Shown: positions 1 through 14,094 of the stretch, piece after piece
Position numbering within the stretch: the first letter of the stretch is position 1
Layout: every line of letters begins with the position of its first letter
NCBI RefSeq assembly: GCF_009914755.1
Contig: NC_060936.1
DNA length: 64,000 bases
Strand: one strand, 5' to 3'
Source: the human T2T-CHM13v2.0 reference genome, Homo sapiens
Made by a program: the position numbers and the translations under genes
Notes under the pieces: generated by a model
Told to the model about the DNA's origin: nothing
Database searches by the model: none
Seen by the model: the letters and a program-made list of their open reading frames with translations, nothing else

Positions 1-216
1 AGATCCCTTGCATGGGCAATTCACAATAGAGTTTGCGCTCCTATGAAAATCTAATGTCGACACTGATCTGACAGGAGGCAGAGCTCAGGCAGTAATTCAG
101 GCGATAGGGAGTGGCTGTAAATACAGAAGCTTTATGATGCTCACCTGCTGTGTGGCCCAGTTCCTAACAGGCCATCAGCTGGTACTAGTCCGTGGCGCTG
201 GGATTGGGGACCCCTG
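1..216. mobile_element. MER1B-like hAT-Charlie DNA transposon (cut by window start)
   Basis: Matches recalled MER1 consensus (agatccctyg...ctgatctgacaggaggcrgagctcagg...cctaacaggcca); ends in the terminal ggggacccctg. Confidence 0.8.
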
Positions 217-2436
217 TTATAGAGGTTGCTGGATGGGTTGGGAGAGGATATCCCATCTAAAGGAAGTAAAACAAGCAAGGAATTACTTGTGTTTTAGTTT
301 CGGTGAAACTAGAGTAAGACAGTTTGTCTGTTAATCTTATTTTGTTGTTTATATTGTGTTATAATTATATATTGGTGGCATAACTATTAGGCCAATTCTA
401 CAATGTATTTTGAGAATTAATAACTAAATATAAAGTTACTATTTTAATTGTACGTTTAAAACAATAAATATTTACTGACTAGATACTGGTGGAACCACAT
501 GAAATAATTTTTATAGGTCACAAATGGCCAAATATCAGCAATTTCATATAGTTCAGCCAGATACTATATACGAATTTCTGTCTTGACCTTGAGGATCTAG
601 AAATCTAGTAAAGTAGCTTACTTTTGTAGAAAAGTATCCTGTTGAGACTATTCACAGAAATGAATACAATGAGATGATACAAAAGAGCCCATAGATAATG
701 GCAGTAGTTGAAAGTGCAGGAATAAGAAAGTAATGAAAGGAGCATTTTACATTATCAAGAGCCTTGAAGTGACACTTAATTGATATTAATCCATATATTG
801 GCATGTTTCATTGCTTTTGTAGATATTGTACCTGAAATAAGTATTTTTGAGAAAAATGTCTGCTCTTTAATGACTCAGTTTTATTTTGCAGTGGATTAAG
901 GAAATGAAACAAGCATATTTTTAGCACCTATTAAGGGTCACGGGCCCTGTTGATAGGTTTCACAGAAACTGTCTTTTAAAAATTCTAAACTAAAGCAATA
1001 CATTATTGTTATCTTCACAGAAAACTAAGTCTAATGAAAAATGGAGGGTTTGAGAGGTTCATTCATTCAAAAAATATTTATAATATACCAGGCCCTACTG
1101 GGGATAAAGTAGTGTAGAAGAAAAGGATTTCCTTCCCTCCTTAAGTTTTATTAGTTGGTGGGTGTTTCATTGCCTAATGGCACCAGCTGGAAAGTGATCA
1201 GCTGGAAAGTGATGAGCTGGAATTAGAATCCAAACCCATCTGACTGTAAAACCCATTTCCCTTTCACAGCACATGCTGTTTTTGAAGTAATCAACAAAGC
1301 TGGTAAATTATAAACTATATCTAAGATCTCTCTGTTCATTGTTACACTGATATTTTGTCATTAGGCTTCTGCTCAGCATGGGGAGGAAAGTAATAACTTT
1401 GAAAGATTCTATTGTGATATGAAATAATAACCATTTTTATGAATGCTTATCAAGTATTTCGTTTAAGTGGCCATAGCATCAAGAACACCTTATTTTAATG
1501 ATGAATTATAAAGCAATGTTTTTGTTTTCTGATTATTACATGCACATAATCTTTTACTTAGTATTGAAAATGTAATTTTATTTTCTGTTTTATTGTCTGT
1601 ATGAGTTTAATTCAAAGGCAGGGACAATAAACTTTAAGTGAATATAAATTTTGAGATTTAGTTTAAAATGAGAATTTTAATTTTGGAAAGTGTCTTAGAA
1701 AACATGCAGAGCCCTTTATTTTTTAGGTGAGAAGACCTAGGACCATTTGGGTAAAAGGACTCACAAGTTATAGTACATGAGAAGTAAAGTTGGGGCTTGA
1801 CTATAGGCCTCCTGACCCCCATTACAGGCCTCGTTTAATAGGCTCCTGAGATGGCTAAAAAAATAAAGAGAAGGGGAAACCAACATATCCCATGGCTTCC
1901 TAGCCAGGCCTAACAATCAGAGTATAGGGTTTAATGCCCATCTTCCTAATATCTGGTTCTCTGTCCTAAGTTAGGGTTGTCTCAAGTTCTGTGCATTTTC
2001 CACCTGGATGAAAATGGAAGACAATGGAATCTACATTAGTGACTTTTCCTAGATTATGTTTGCTACTGTTAAACCACCCACTTTAGCTCCTTTGGCAAAA
2101 GAGGAAGCTAAAATGTTAGGTAGGGTCTCAAGTGTCATTTGAAGCAAGATGAGCTCAAGAGCAACTATTTTTCTGGGTTTAGGCTCAAAATAATCTTATT
2201 AAATACAGTAATTATACCTTCTATTCATGTAAAAAAATATGGGCCCACTCTTCAATATTGTTTCATGAGAAATTGAGTGATGTGTTAACTCAGTGATGTG
2301 TTAATATTACTAATTAAAAATAGGAGTAAGTTATTTGGTTAAATGCCTTATCTTTTTAAGAGAAATAGAGTTTACTAATGCTTGGAAGTAAAACACCCTT
2401 GTGTTCAAGCAGGAAAGATCAATACAAGATTGATTC

Positions 2437-2478
2437 TGTGTGTGTGTGTGTGTATCTCTGTGTGTGTTTGTGTGTGTT
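2437..2478. repeat. Interrupted (TG)n microsatellite
   Basis: Direct reading. Confidence 0.9.
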
Positions 2479-3369
2479 TTAATCATAGATGTGCAGTTTT
2501 CCAATAAGCCTAAGATTAGTTTTTATTTTCTCATACTTAGGGTGTAATAATCATAAATACAACTTTGAGAAGTTCCCATACAAATTACTCTTTTGATGAT
2601 CTATACATATTCCCTTTCCTTTTTAAGACACAACCATCTTTACTGTAAGCCTTTAACAAAACACCTTGTCTGATTTGGGGCAACAACCATGAGTGGATAA
2701 TAACTTAGATGTTGACCAAAATTTTGTGTAGACCCCCATAAATTTATTTGTATTAATGAATAACATTTTAAAATTTGTCTGCATACATTAAAGCTTTATA
2801 TGCCAAACAATAGTCTTTTGGCAGATTCAAGGTAACTTCCCTTTTTTACTATCATCATGGACTATGTATTTTTTCTGTTTTGGAATTTTAATAGGTTCAG
2901 CTTATTCCAACTGATTATAATCATTCCTTTTTATCCATCAGTTATCTACTTTATAAAATATTTCTATAATTCGGGGACACTCTGCTATTTCAGAAAATTC
3001 TAAATGCGTCATTACTCTTCAAAATCAGTAAGTCATTGAGTCTGTCTTGCTTTATCTACCTGATGATCCAGCACTAGTTATTCCCTAAGGGTAAATGAAT
3101 AAAAATGCAAAGGATATCAGCCTTGGGTCAGGAATACATATTTACACACTGACTACTGGTGGTAGGCAGACAACTGCAGAGAGAAAACTTCAATCTAATG
3201 GGAAATTTTCAAAATCAGAAGTTACACCGAGCTATAAAATTCAAGCATAGCATCACAAATTCCCTTTTTGTAATTAAAGAGTTTTTAAACCCAATCTTTT
3301 ATCTATCTGTTCCTTACCTGTGAGTTTCTCTCTTGTTTTAATATATTCTGTATCATATTAAATATATTG

Positions 3370-5800
3370 ATTCATTCACTAAACAGCTTTTATGGGTTCC
3401 ATATTATGTTCTACCACCGTACTAGGTAGTGTAGCTGTAGCAGTAAACAAGACACAATAAATCTCTACCTTCCTGAAACTTGACACTAGACAATCAGAAA
3501 ATTAGACATTAGAAAATAAATCAGTAAACAAATTTGTGATTTTTGGTAGTGGTAAGTTTTACTAAGTGAAAAATATCAAGGATAGAAGAGAGGAAGAGTA
3601 GTGAGTGGGCTATTTGAGATGGAGGACTGAGGAAAGACCTCACTGAGAGGTTATATTTGCCCAGTGATATTAATGAGGTACAGGATTGAATAAGATGAGG
3701 ATGAGGATGAAAAGTGTTCCAGAGGAAGAACAGCAATTGCCAACTTCTTATAGAGGAAAAAAATTGTGGAGTTGGGGCAGAGCAGGGCATTTCTGTCACT
3801 TGAACAGTGTGAGTTGGGGTAGAGAATTCACAGATGAGGCGAGAGGCAGAGGTGGATCCTGAGATTCTTAGGTGCCATTCTAGGAACTTTGGAGTTTAAT
3901 TTTAATGAGGAGCTTTTGGAGAATTATGGAATAGGAACATTATATGATTTACAGTTTTCAAAGATTGCTGCTGAATATGTTGAATGTTGAAGTAAAGAGA
4001 AAAATGAAGATAAACTATTAGATTGTTTGTCTGAGTATCTGGGTGAGTGGTAGTGCCATTTACTTAGATGGGGCAGTCCAGGGAAGAGGTCAATATGGAG
4101 AACATCCAGGAGTTCTGTTTGCAACATGTTTGAAATATCCAAGTGCCATTATGAAGGAAGTTAGATAAATAAGTTTAAAGCTCAGGGAAAAGATACAGAG
4201 CTGAATATATAATTTGGAGCCTCACCACATCTTTGGTATTCAATCAAGGGATGAGGATAAAGTCATATCACTGGACAACAGGGGGAGACGTTAAGAAGCT
4301 TACAGCTATGTCGTGGGCAATACCACACATAGACTTTGAGAAGTAGAAGAGCTAATCAAGGACAAAGCAGAAGTCACTGGAAATAGAAGGAAAACCAGAA
4401 GAAGATAGTGCCTTCAAAGCCAAGTGAATAAAGATTTTCAAGTAGAAGGAGTTTATTCCCTATGTCACATGCTGCTGACAAGTAAAGTAAGATGGGGCAT
4501 ACAATTGATTAGTGTTTGGCAAGAAGGGAGGTCATTGGTGACTTCACAGGAGTAGATTTTACAGAAAAAATAATGGAGAAAAATGAAGTCAGATTAACAG
4601 AGTATGATAGGCAAAAAAAAATGTAGAAAATGAGGAATGGCAAATTTTGAGGAATTTTGATAAGAAGTGGAGAGTAGACTTCAGTAATAGCTGAAGGAAC
4701 AAGTGCAATCAAAAGAAGACTTTTTAAATCCCAGACTGTATATTACAGTGTATGTGTGTTCACATGTATCTCTGACTAACTTCAAATGTAAAGTCTCTGA
4801 ATAGGCAGAAGGAGTGAAATCCAGTGCAGACGTGGAGGGATAGAGCTTGGAAAGGAGGAAAGAGGGAAGGCAGTTAAGGGAAAATTTGAAGTCAGATGAT
4901 AATGTAGCTCTCTTCTCAGTGTTTTTATTTTTGCTATGGAATGAGAAGCAAGTTTATTAGCTTCAAATAAAGAGGGGGAGGGCATATCAGAGGTTTGTGA
5001 AGAGAGAACATGGTGAAAACATACTTTAAAGAGTGGGAGACTGAATTAACTAAAACAAAAACATTAGCTATCAGGAAATGAAAAGGATCCATTTGAGATT
5101 TGATGTTATAAATTTAAGTGGAACTAGTCAGCATAGAATGGTGTTTTATTCAGCCATTTTCAGCTATTACACTGGGCATGTGAAGCTAGCAGAGTTTTGT
5201 TTAATTCCAATTGTAATTTTCCCAGGAAAGTAAAATAGAAACAGAAGGACCTGATGGATATTGCTAGGAAGTGATTACAGTGACTGTGGACTCTAGCCTG
5301 AGCATGTAGGGAAATGAAGGCATAAGAGAGGTGATGCACAGTGAAGATTTGATGAGGGTCAGAGAATTGTTGGATTCAAAGTACAAGAGTCAGTAAACTG
5401 GAAAGATAGGAGTCAGTTGTCAAAGAGAGGAATATTGGCAGTTATTGGTAATGACAAAGTCTTAGGTGTTGCCATGAAAGCCAATGAGGTACGGTGGGGT
5501 AAAGTAAGGTGGGGGAAAAGATTATTGGAATTATAGAGATAAAGAAATACAGAGTCCAGGGAACTGGATAGATCATTTGCATGGAAGTTGGCCTCTCTGA
5601 GTAGTAGGGAAGAAGTCAGTTATCAAAGTGATAGCATCTTTAAGATGTTCAGAGAAGTGACAGAGGTATTACCAGTTGTCTGTCTTAAAGAGGGGTAGCA
5701 CGTGATGGTATCTAATGGAATGGGGCTTCAAAGGATCTGTGGTTCTTCAGGAAGAAAAAAGGAGTAATAAATGCAACTACCCAACTCCTACACCCTATCG
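3370..5800 (-). mobile_element. Degraded L2 LINE (approximate bounds)
   Basis: Starts ttcattcact...tactaggt...cagtaaacaagaca (reverse L2 3' end), followed by a purine-rich L2-like body. Confidence 0.6.
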
Positions 5801-6399
5801 TTAGTGAGACTATGGTAGAAAAACAAACATGATACCCAAGAGGGCTAAACTGTAGTAGTATTTCTCAGCAGGTCCAAGATTTCACTTAGAGCTAGAAAGT
5901 TAAGAAAGCATTGAGGGTAGTTGTTGAGGATTTTCCTCAATGTAATGGGTTGGCCTGGGGAAACACTAGAGAAGATTTAGCACATTTCAGATAGAAAGGA
6001 TAGTGGAATTATATTGCTAAATCGAACTATGCATTGAATTGCAATCCTCTCAAAGTTTTAAAAGTATCAATATTCTTAAATTAGTTTTTCCTATTAAGTG
6101 TGCCTTGACACCATAACCCAATAACTGGTAACAATCAAGGGGAGGGACACTGTATCTACATTTTTAAGGCTTCTGAATTTTATTTATCTACTAAATTTAT
6201 TATTAGTAATTTTTATATGCATTCAATTTAGAATACTAATAAAAAGTTTAATTTCTTTCATTTGAAAGAAAAGAGTTTTATAACAGAACTCTTGAATGGC
6301 AATAATATTTACCTATTTAGTTTATATTGTTTAACCCTCCAAGTTAATTATTTATGTTATTGTTCTATGTACTCAATTTTTAAACCATTATCTTGGCCA

Positions 6400-7500
6400 C
6401 TCTGATCTTTCATCTGTGGTAAATAGTTTTCTACCTAAAGTACATTGTCTACAATTTCATTTACTGAGGATGTGTTGAAAGCATTATCCCTCAATTTTTT
6501 TTATTGTCTGAATATGTTTTTAGTTTGCTACTCTTTATTTTTCTGGGTATGGAATTCCAGTTGTTTTTCAGTTGATGTTGATTGTCAGTCTAATTGTCAT
6601 TCCTATGTAGAAGATTTTTTTTTTCTGGTACTGTTAAGATGGTTCCTTTTTTGATATTCTGTATTTTCACAATGATATGTCTAAATATGGTTTAAAAATT
6701 TCTGCTTGAGATTTACTGAAATTATTTGATCTGATGTTTGATGTCGTTGAATAATTTTGATGAGCCTCAGCCATTATCCCTTTAAATATTTCTTCATTTT
6801 CTCTACTATTTTAGACCCCCTCCGGATATCATCTATGTCTCAACTGCCATTTTATATTTTCCATAACTGTCTTCTTTGATCTACATTCTTGATAATTTCT
6901 TCAATACTATCATCCTTTTCACTAAAGTTCTCTTCTTCTTTATCTAATCTGCTCTTTAATACCTCAAGAGATTTTTAATTTTAGTTATTTTGTTCTGTTC
7001 CAGAAGGTCTATCTTGTTCTCTTTCAAACTTGCTTGGTTATTTAATATTATTTACCATTATTTAAATAATTATTTGCTCATATTTTAAAATATGTTTGAT
7101 TTCTTGAAACACATTAAACATTTCTATTTTATTTCAATATCTGGAATCTCAAAATCTGACTACTGTGTATGTGTGTGTGTGTTTTCTTTTTCTTTTCTTT
7201 GCTGACTTTCACTATTGATATCTGATTTGCTTGTGTGTTTAGCGATTTTATCAGTGAGCTCATATTCTTTGAAACTTTAGCTGTGAGAAATTTATGTGGT
7301 TTGTGTTGAAGTTGAGTTCCTCCAGCAAGTATTTTTATTTACTTCTAGTTGCTTAGGAGTAATAGCAGCTCAGGACTACAGTTTTATTTTAAATTCTGAA
7401 GTGGAGGTTTCTTCAGGGTACATATAGATATCATGGATTTAGTCAACATATGATCATAGGAATAGGCTTATAATTCCAAAACAGCATATTATTTATTTCT
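6400..7500 (-). mobile_element. Old L1M fragment (approximate bounds)
   Basis: T-rich degenerate sequence resembling antisense L1 (cagccattat...aaatatttcttc). Confidence 0.45.
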
Positions 7501-8693
7501 TTTCTATCTCTCCACCCAGAGGAGTGGCAACAGAGAAAGAAGGTTTCCTTTCTGTCCTCTCTGCATGGTAGATTTATTTCTCACTTCCCATTTCCTGAGA
7601 ATGAATGCATCACATTGCACAAGACCAGGAGTTACCATTCACATAGACTTCTATGGTACATGCAGAAGAATCTGAAGTATCCCCTAGAATTTTTCAGTAT
7701 AATAACCCTGGTTAAAGTTGCATTCTTTGGGGGTTTCAGGTCTTTCTGCAGGGATATCACTCATCTTTCAGCGGGCCCCAGGGTTTTATAGTCTTTCTCT
7801 GACACACTACACATATGTTACTATACAAATGCAAAGGCACCAGGATTAACCAATCTATGGCAAGGCAAAACTGGCTTTAGTATCAGCTTCCTTCTCAGGA
7901 TTTCTGTCTTTGCATTTTGTTTACTTGTTTGTTTTTCTGTGACTTTTTTTGGCCAGTCACCACTGAATTCTAACTTTCTTTTCAGCACCACAACTTCTTA
8001 AAGAAAATTTATTTTAATGTTATACAGAGTTTTAGTTATTTTAAGTAAGATATTCACTCAGTTTAGGGTATCTGTTCCAATATTTTACCGGAATTAGAAT
8101 CTTGTATATAGTTTTGTACTCAAATATACATAGAAAACCATTTTATGCATAATGTATTCAGTATAAAAATGTTGTTAGATACAGAAAACTAGTGTTTTAC
8201 TTAATGATATCCCATATTCTTGGGAGATGGTTTTGCTGCCAGGTCATAATATGCAACCTCACATCCAGGAGGGGCTCCTTGCCTTGTCACAGACCTTGCT
8301 GTCGACCAAAACTAACCTACTGATCTTTTTTTCATATTATTATTAATGAGAAGTAGAATCAAGTTTTAAATGTTTTAAAATTCTCTTTCTTGCATCTGTG
8401 TGTTCTTCAGTGCAAGATATGTTCCTATAGTTCCAAGTATTTTAGTAAACGTATCATCTTATAACTGTTATTCTGTGGAATCATAGTAGCATTTTCTTTT
8501 GAATGAAAATTTTTCTTATACAGTTGTAAGAACTATAATTTATTTATACTTTACTTCATTCAGGATATTTATTACGATTACATTCTAGTGAAGGTTCAAT
8601 TGTAAATAACCTAGTGCACTTCAGTGACAATTTCAGCAGAATAGATTTTTAGAATGGAATTGTTTTATGTATCTATATTTTTGTTTCTTTCAG

Positions 8694-8876
8694 TGCCTGA
8701 TAGTGCACCAGAAAATATCACTTACAAAAATATTTCTTCTGGAGAGATTGAGCTATCATTCCTTCCCCCAAGTAGTCCCAATGGAATCATAAAAAAATAT
8801 ACAATTTATCTCAAGAGAAGTAATGGAAATGAGGAAAGAACTATAAATACAACCTCTTTAACCCAAAACATTAAAG
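8694..8876 (+). CDS. PTPRQ: PTPRQ exon A (183 nt, phase 1/1): [61 protein letters not shown], first half of an FN3 repeat
   Basis: tttcag|TG acceptor, AAG|gtaaaa donor; FN3 PP-x-x-PNG-I-x-x-Y motif; recognised protein. Confidence 0.96.
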
Positions 8877-9238
8877 GTAAAAGAACAAATCTAATATTGG
8901 ATATTTGCATTTATAATGACAGAGTAGCCACAAATATTAGTTTAATGTTAATAGTTTCAGATTATTTTCATGCAGGGTATTACAATTTTGTCTTTTTGGT
9001 TAAATAAGCTAGGAGTTTATTGCAGGTCACATGAAAGAATACTATAGATCCATCCTTTTCCACATTATCCTATATCATTTTGTCTTCATAAATAAGAGCT
9101 ACTATTGCCAAAGAATGACATTTTCACTTAGTTTTTATTTTTGGAAGATTGTGTTGACAGCCATTTCATAGTTTGCCTCTTGCATATTATTAAATGATAT
9201 TTTGTAAGTTTCAACTTACCTATTTGATTTCTCTTTAG

Positions 9239-9340
9239 TACTGAAGAAATATACCCAATATATCATTGAGGTGTCTGCTAGTACACTGAAAGGTGAAGGA
9301 GTTCGGAGTGCTCCCATAAGTATACTGACGGAGGAAGATG
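9239..9340 (+). CDS. PTPRQ: PTPRQ exon B (102 nt, phase 1/1): [34 protein letters not shown]
   Basis: ctctttag| acceptor, ATG|gtaaat donor; FN3 L-x-x-x-T-x-Y motif; in frame with exon A; absent from the ORF track. Confidence 0.95.
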
Positions 9341-12300
9341 GTAAATATAATAGTGGATATTGATATACTTTGATTCTATAACATTCCAAGAAACACACGT
9401 ATAGAATGAAACAATGTAAAAACTCCTCTAGTCATGGGTATCAGTTGTGTACCATACCAGCGTTATACAGAGATTTCATTGTCATGGTATAAAAGAAGCT
9501 AGCAACATCAGATTTACATTCAGTGAAATCAGGCATAAAATGTTTTTTATTTTCTGAAGTCATCAGTACTCTGTAAAAAACAGTCAGTCATGTTTTTCCA
9601 TGGGGATTTTCAAGGCTTAAAATTTGGTTTGAACGTTAACTGATATATGTCATGACTGAGTTTTTCAACTTTTACATTTTTAAGAATAGACATTAACATG
9701 AGCTTTGAAGCAGATTATGTTTATGTAAATGTTCAGCACTTTTTTACGATATTAATGATTAACTTGATAATGAGATCAGGCTATTGTACAGGCTTCTGCA
9801 TAATTGGACAAGATGCTATTCCCCAAAGTTAGTAGCTTTCATACTGAATATTTAAACATACCTTTCCCTAACCCAAATAAAATCAACTTTACTACTGAGG
9901 CCACTTTACATTGATACCTTACCAAGTTAGACATATATTATGCTAAGAATATAACTTCTGAAAGATATATTTGGGTTAGGATTTGCATTTTATGTTTTAT
10001 ACATTGCATATTTAAAGAAAATTATTATTTTTTTCTGTAAAAGGAATTCCTATTTCCAAGAAGGGTAGGCCTGGAAGTATCATACGTGTTTGTGGAGTAT
10101 CTTTTCTTTTTCATCTTTCTTTCTTTCAAGTTTCCCCATCTTCAAGCTAGGCCATAGCCTGTGACTGTTAAGGGCAGAATGTGCTTAGACACTGCTAGGA
10201 AGGGAGACTTTTCCCTGCATTGCTCTCTTTCTTTTCAAAATAATAAAGTCTTCAAATCCCTCTTCTCTTTTTGCAGGTCTCTCCATGTTTTAACCTCTAC
10301 CAAAGCATCTTGGCTAGGGCTGTCTGTGTTGCCCCAGTTTCTAAGTGGGCTGCCTCTGTGGGTCAGTTTTCCCTAATCATTGCATCTACTTACTAATGCT
10401 TGCTTTTCCATCAAAACTTACCTGCCCAAATTCCAATTTTTCTTCATAAATAGATTCTCCTTGCTCTGAAAGTTAAAATTATCTTAATAAAAAAACCTTC
10501 CAAATGAGTCAATGGTTAAAAACTAGGGAAGAAAGTTAGTGCTCTTTTCTATCTTATGTAATACCTAAGATTATATGTAGTAAAAATTTTACCAATGCCT
10601 TTTTGAAAATAGTACCCACTTCTTTATAACTAATCTAATCAAAAGTTCCTAATGGTAAGAATTTGAGATCTTATATGATGGAATGAGACCAGTAGTGAAC
10701 ATATATTTTGAGCAGGCAGACGTTTTACCACTCAAGTCAATAGTTCCAAAGTATGTTGTGCATCTGAATTACCTGGGCTGTTAAAAATATGCTTCCTCAA
10801 GGTAAAGTTCCATCTAAATTCTTGGCCAAGTCATATGATTTCTAAGGAACAGGGTAAAGAACAAGACTCCCTTGTTGAAAAATTACAGAAAATCGAGAAT
10901 GGATAAAGATCTGAGAACATTTGCCTCTTTGGGAATTAGGAACTCCTTGCCCTCATGAAGCTCACGGTTAGAACAAGAGACCTAAATTTGACAAATGTGT
11001 GGACAAATAATTTTTATGATTTTTAATTACTGGTATAAATGTTCCCCCAAATTATTCACCAGGACAAAAGAAGGACCTAAGTTACTCTGGGGTGTGAGGT
11101 AAAGCGTAGCGGTGGAAGTTATGTCGAAGCTGTGACATGAAAATGAATAAAGAGGGAGGGTGAGAAATAGGAAAGATCATGCCAGGTAGAGGAGTGAGAG
11201 ATTTGTGAAGTCCTCATGCCAGGTAGAGGAGTGACAGATTGTGAAGTTTCTTCTCAGCTACCTTGAGATGCTCTGAGATGACAAATTGAATGCACTGCAA
11301 AAGTTCTAATTTTTCTAGTTTCAATTTTGTTAGATTGTATTTTAGAATACATGTGCCAAAATATTTTAGAATACATATGCCAAAATGATTAAAACTTAGT
11401 CTGCTACAGTGGATGTACAGTGATTTTTTTAGATAGACATGTTAATTACGTTTACTTAGCAATAAAATGTTTTACATTAAGAATAAAATATTCGGAGATC
11501 TACTGAAGGTTAGCTTTTAAAGACACCACGCTTTATCTGGTATTCCACATAAGCATCTTAAAGCATATTATAGAGTAGAAATGGTTAGTTGCAACATATT
11601 AGTTTCTAAGTTACTGCTATTTTTAATTGAAGTCCTTTTTGTAAACAATAAACAGATTTTACAAGGATGCTAGGAAAAATATTTATAGGTATTTGCTTTG
11701 ACAAATGAAAGAGAATTTTCAGAGATAATTCTTATCTTGGGAAACAGACATCTCTAACTGATGTATACATTCCTGTGATAATCAATATTTGATAGCAACA
11801 TTATTATAGTGCCAGTGAAAATAACAGAATGAAAATACCAAATACAGCTATCACTATTATTCCTTATAACTTGTCTCATAAACTTTCTGCTGCTCAATAA
11901 AATTTTTTTGGAAAATTATTGTTAGTTAAATAATGAAAACATGCACACATGGGAACACATACAACTACAGCTGAGATTATTCAGAGAAGTAAAAAAGAAA
12001 AAATATTGAAGTAAGTCAGGTAGCATTCTGTCCAAATTATTGGAAATAGTGATCTGTATATGAACTGTATTTCAATTGACATTGTTTAAAGATGTAAACA
12101 AATTCTCAGAATTTCTGTTAGCTACCTACGAATTCACATTCCGTGCATAACTGTAACAATGAACCAAATTTTAGTGTTTTCCTTTTTTACATGTAAAAAG
12201 TTGTATTCCATTATTCTAAGACATTACTGTGTTATTACACAGCAGCTGAGAAATGTCATTCTAAATGTTTTACCTAAATGGAAATATAAAGTTGGCTGAC

Positions 12301-12992
12301 TATTTTGCAGTAATGTTTTTATTGCTTATTCAATGCCAAATAGCAAATGTATTTATATTTTACACTATTACAGCAGAGTTACAAGTAGATTCTAAACTAT
12401 TTTCTTATTTACGTGCTACATTGGCATTTCCTTTGTAAACCATTCAATTTTGAAGACTGAGTGAACAGAGTTTGATATTATTTTACTTTTTAATGACACA
12501 ACAGAGATTGAGGAATGTAGTTTTCATCATTTGTGAGGTCAGTCATTTTAACTGCTTTCTCAATGTTATGCTTATCACTTTCCCAACTTCTTGGATGTGT
12601 GATTTTTTTCCCACCTCTTTTTTATTGTCTAGGGATCTCTTTTACTGTATATTTATTCACCCTCAATAAAATTTTTATTTTTATTAGAGGATGACAGTTG
12701 ACCAAGATGTACTTGAACAGTAGGTGAGTCACTGTGACATACCCCTTGTTCTTCTTTCTCATGAAATATTTTTTTCCATTGAATCACAGAAACAGATGTT
12801 CTAATACCACCATGCAAAATCTTCCTTTATCATCTCATTTTGAAAGTAAACAGTCTCTTGTGCTTCTGGAGAAAAGCACTGAACCTAATTCCTTTACCAG
12901 AAAGTTTATAATAAAAATTGTGTGCATTTCCATGTTAACTTTTTCTTATATATGTTTAATAAAACACATTATTCTATACCCTAACTTTACAG

Positions 12993-13113
12993 CTCCTGAT
13001 TCTCCCCCTCAAGACTTCTCTGTAAAACAGTTGTCTGGTGTCACGGTGAAGTTGTCATGGCAACCACCCCTGGAGCCAAATGGAATTATCCTTTATTACA
13101 CAGTTTATGTCTG
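12993..13113 (+). CDS. PTPRQ: PTPRQ exon C (121 nt, phase 1/2): [41 protein letters not shown]
   Basis: ctaac branch-like motif plus tttacag| acceptor; CTG|gtaata donor; FN3 first half. Confidence 0.96.
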
Positions 13114-14094
13114 GTAATAATTTTTTTTTTGGAAATAGTTCTGAGAACAGATATTAATCTGTAACATAATAGGAATGTAGCTTTTAGATTTCAGAATGTG
13201 GTGCTACATTAGGAACCTGATTATTAATAGGCTAGTTAATATGTTTTGATTAAGAAACAAGTTTTTCCATATTATGTAGTGGTTCAATCATGGTCAAATG
13301 AAATAATTTTGCAATTAAAACAAAAAATTATGTGTTACGCATAATTATACTAAATTCCTACTCTTAAAAGTCATTGACAAGTCAATTTGTATGAATGTAA
13401 GCATATACTTTTACACTTCTGAAGTTTTACACAAGTACTCTCATGTCATTGTCTTTCAAGTGTCCCTTGAGCAGAGTAATTTTAATAAACATTTAAAATA
13501 GCTATTTTTAAAGAAATCTGTTATTTAAGGTCAATTTTTAATTTGAAATGTAAACAATGTATTTCGTTTCTGATCACTGTTACCCTGATTGCCTGTTTAT
13601 CCTTCAATTGTGAAAAAGATGAAATCCAACATTGTATCTCATGTTAGTTAGCATGCTTATACTACTTCATGAGAACTTGGTAGATTGAAATCTTTACTTT
13701 GATGTAATGTAAATCCTCTTTAGATTCACCAATTAGGTAACACATTACCTAGTGGATTTCATATATTTCAACTCAGAAAATACAATTTACACAATACTTC
13801 GTAAAACATAGCCATTTCCTTTTATATTTCTGAATTTGAAGGGCCAGCATTGAGGGAGATGCCATGATGTTTTAAAGAAGTCTCCTCTTCTTCTCTTTCC
13901 TAAGTTAAGATTTTTCTTTCCCTAATTCCCCTTTAACCCCTTTACATATTTCTCTTTAAGACTATATTTTTTGTTTTCTTTGTTGCCTGATTCCTAGTGA
14001 CTTTGCCTAGTCGTGACGAAAGTGGGAGTGTCTTGACTCCCAGTTAGCGAAAAGGAAGCAGGGAAGAAGGTTACCATTCCTTTTCATTACCCTA

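Noticed and set aside
8654-9007. ORF-track N-termini (e.g. [13 protein letters not shown]) as signal peptides of short proteins
   Set aside because: Hydrophobic stretches are translated polypyrimidine tracts of splice acceptors
9216-9398. Minus-strand 60-aa ORF
   Set aside because: Antisense shadow of exon B
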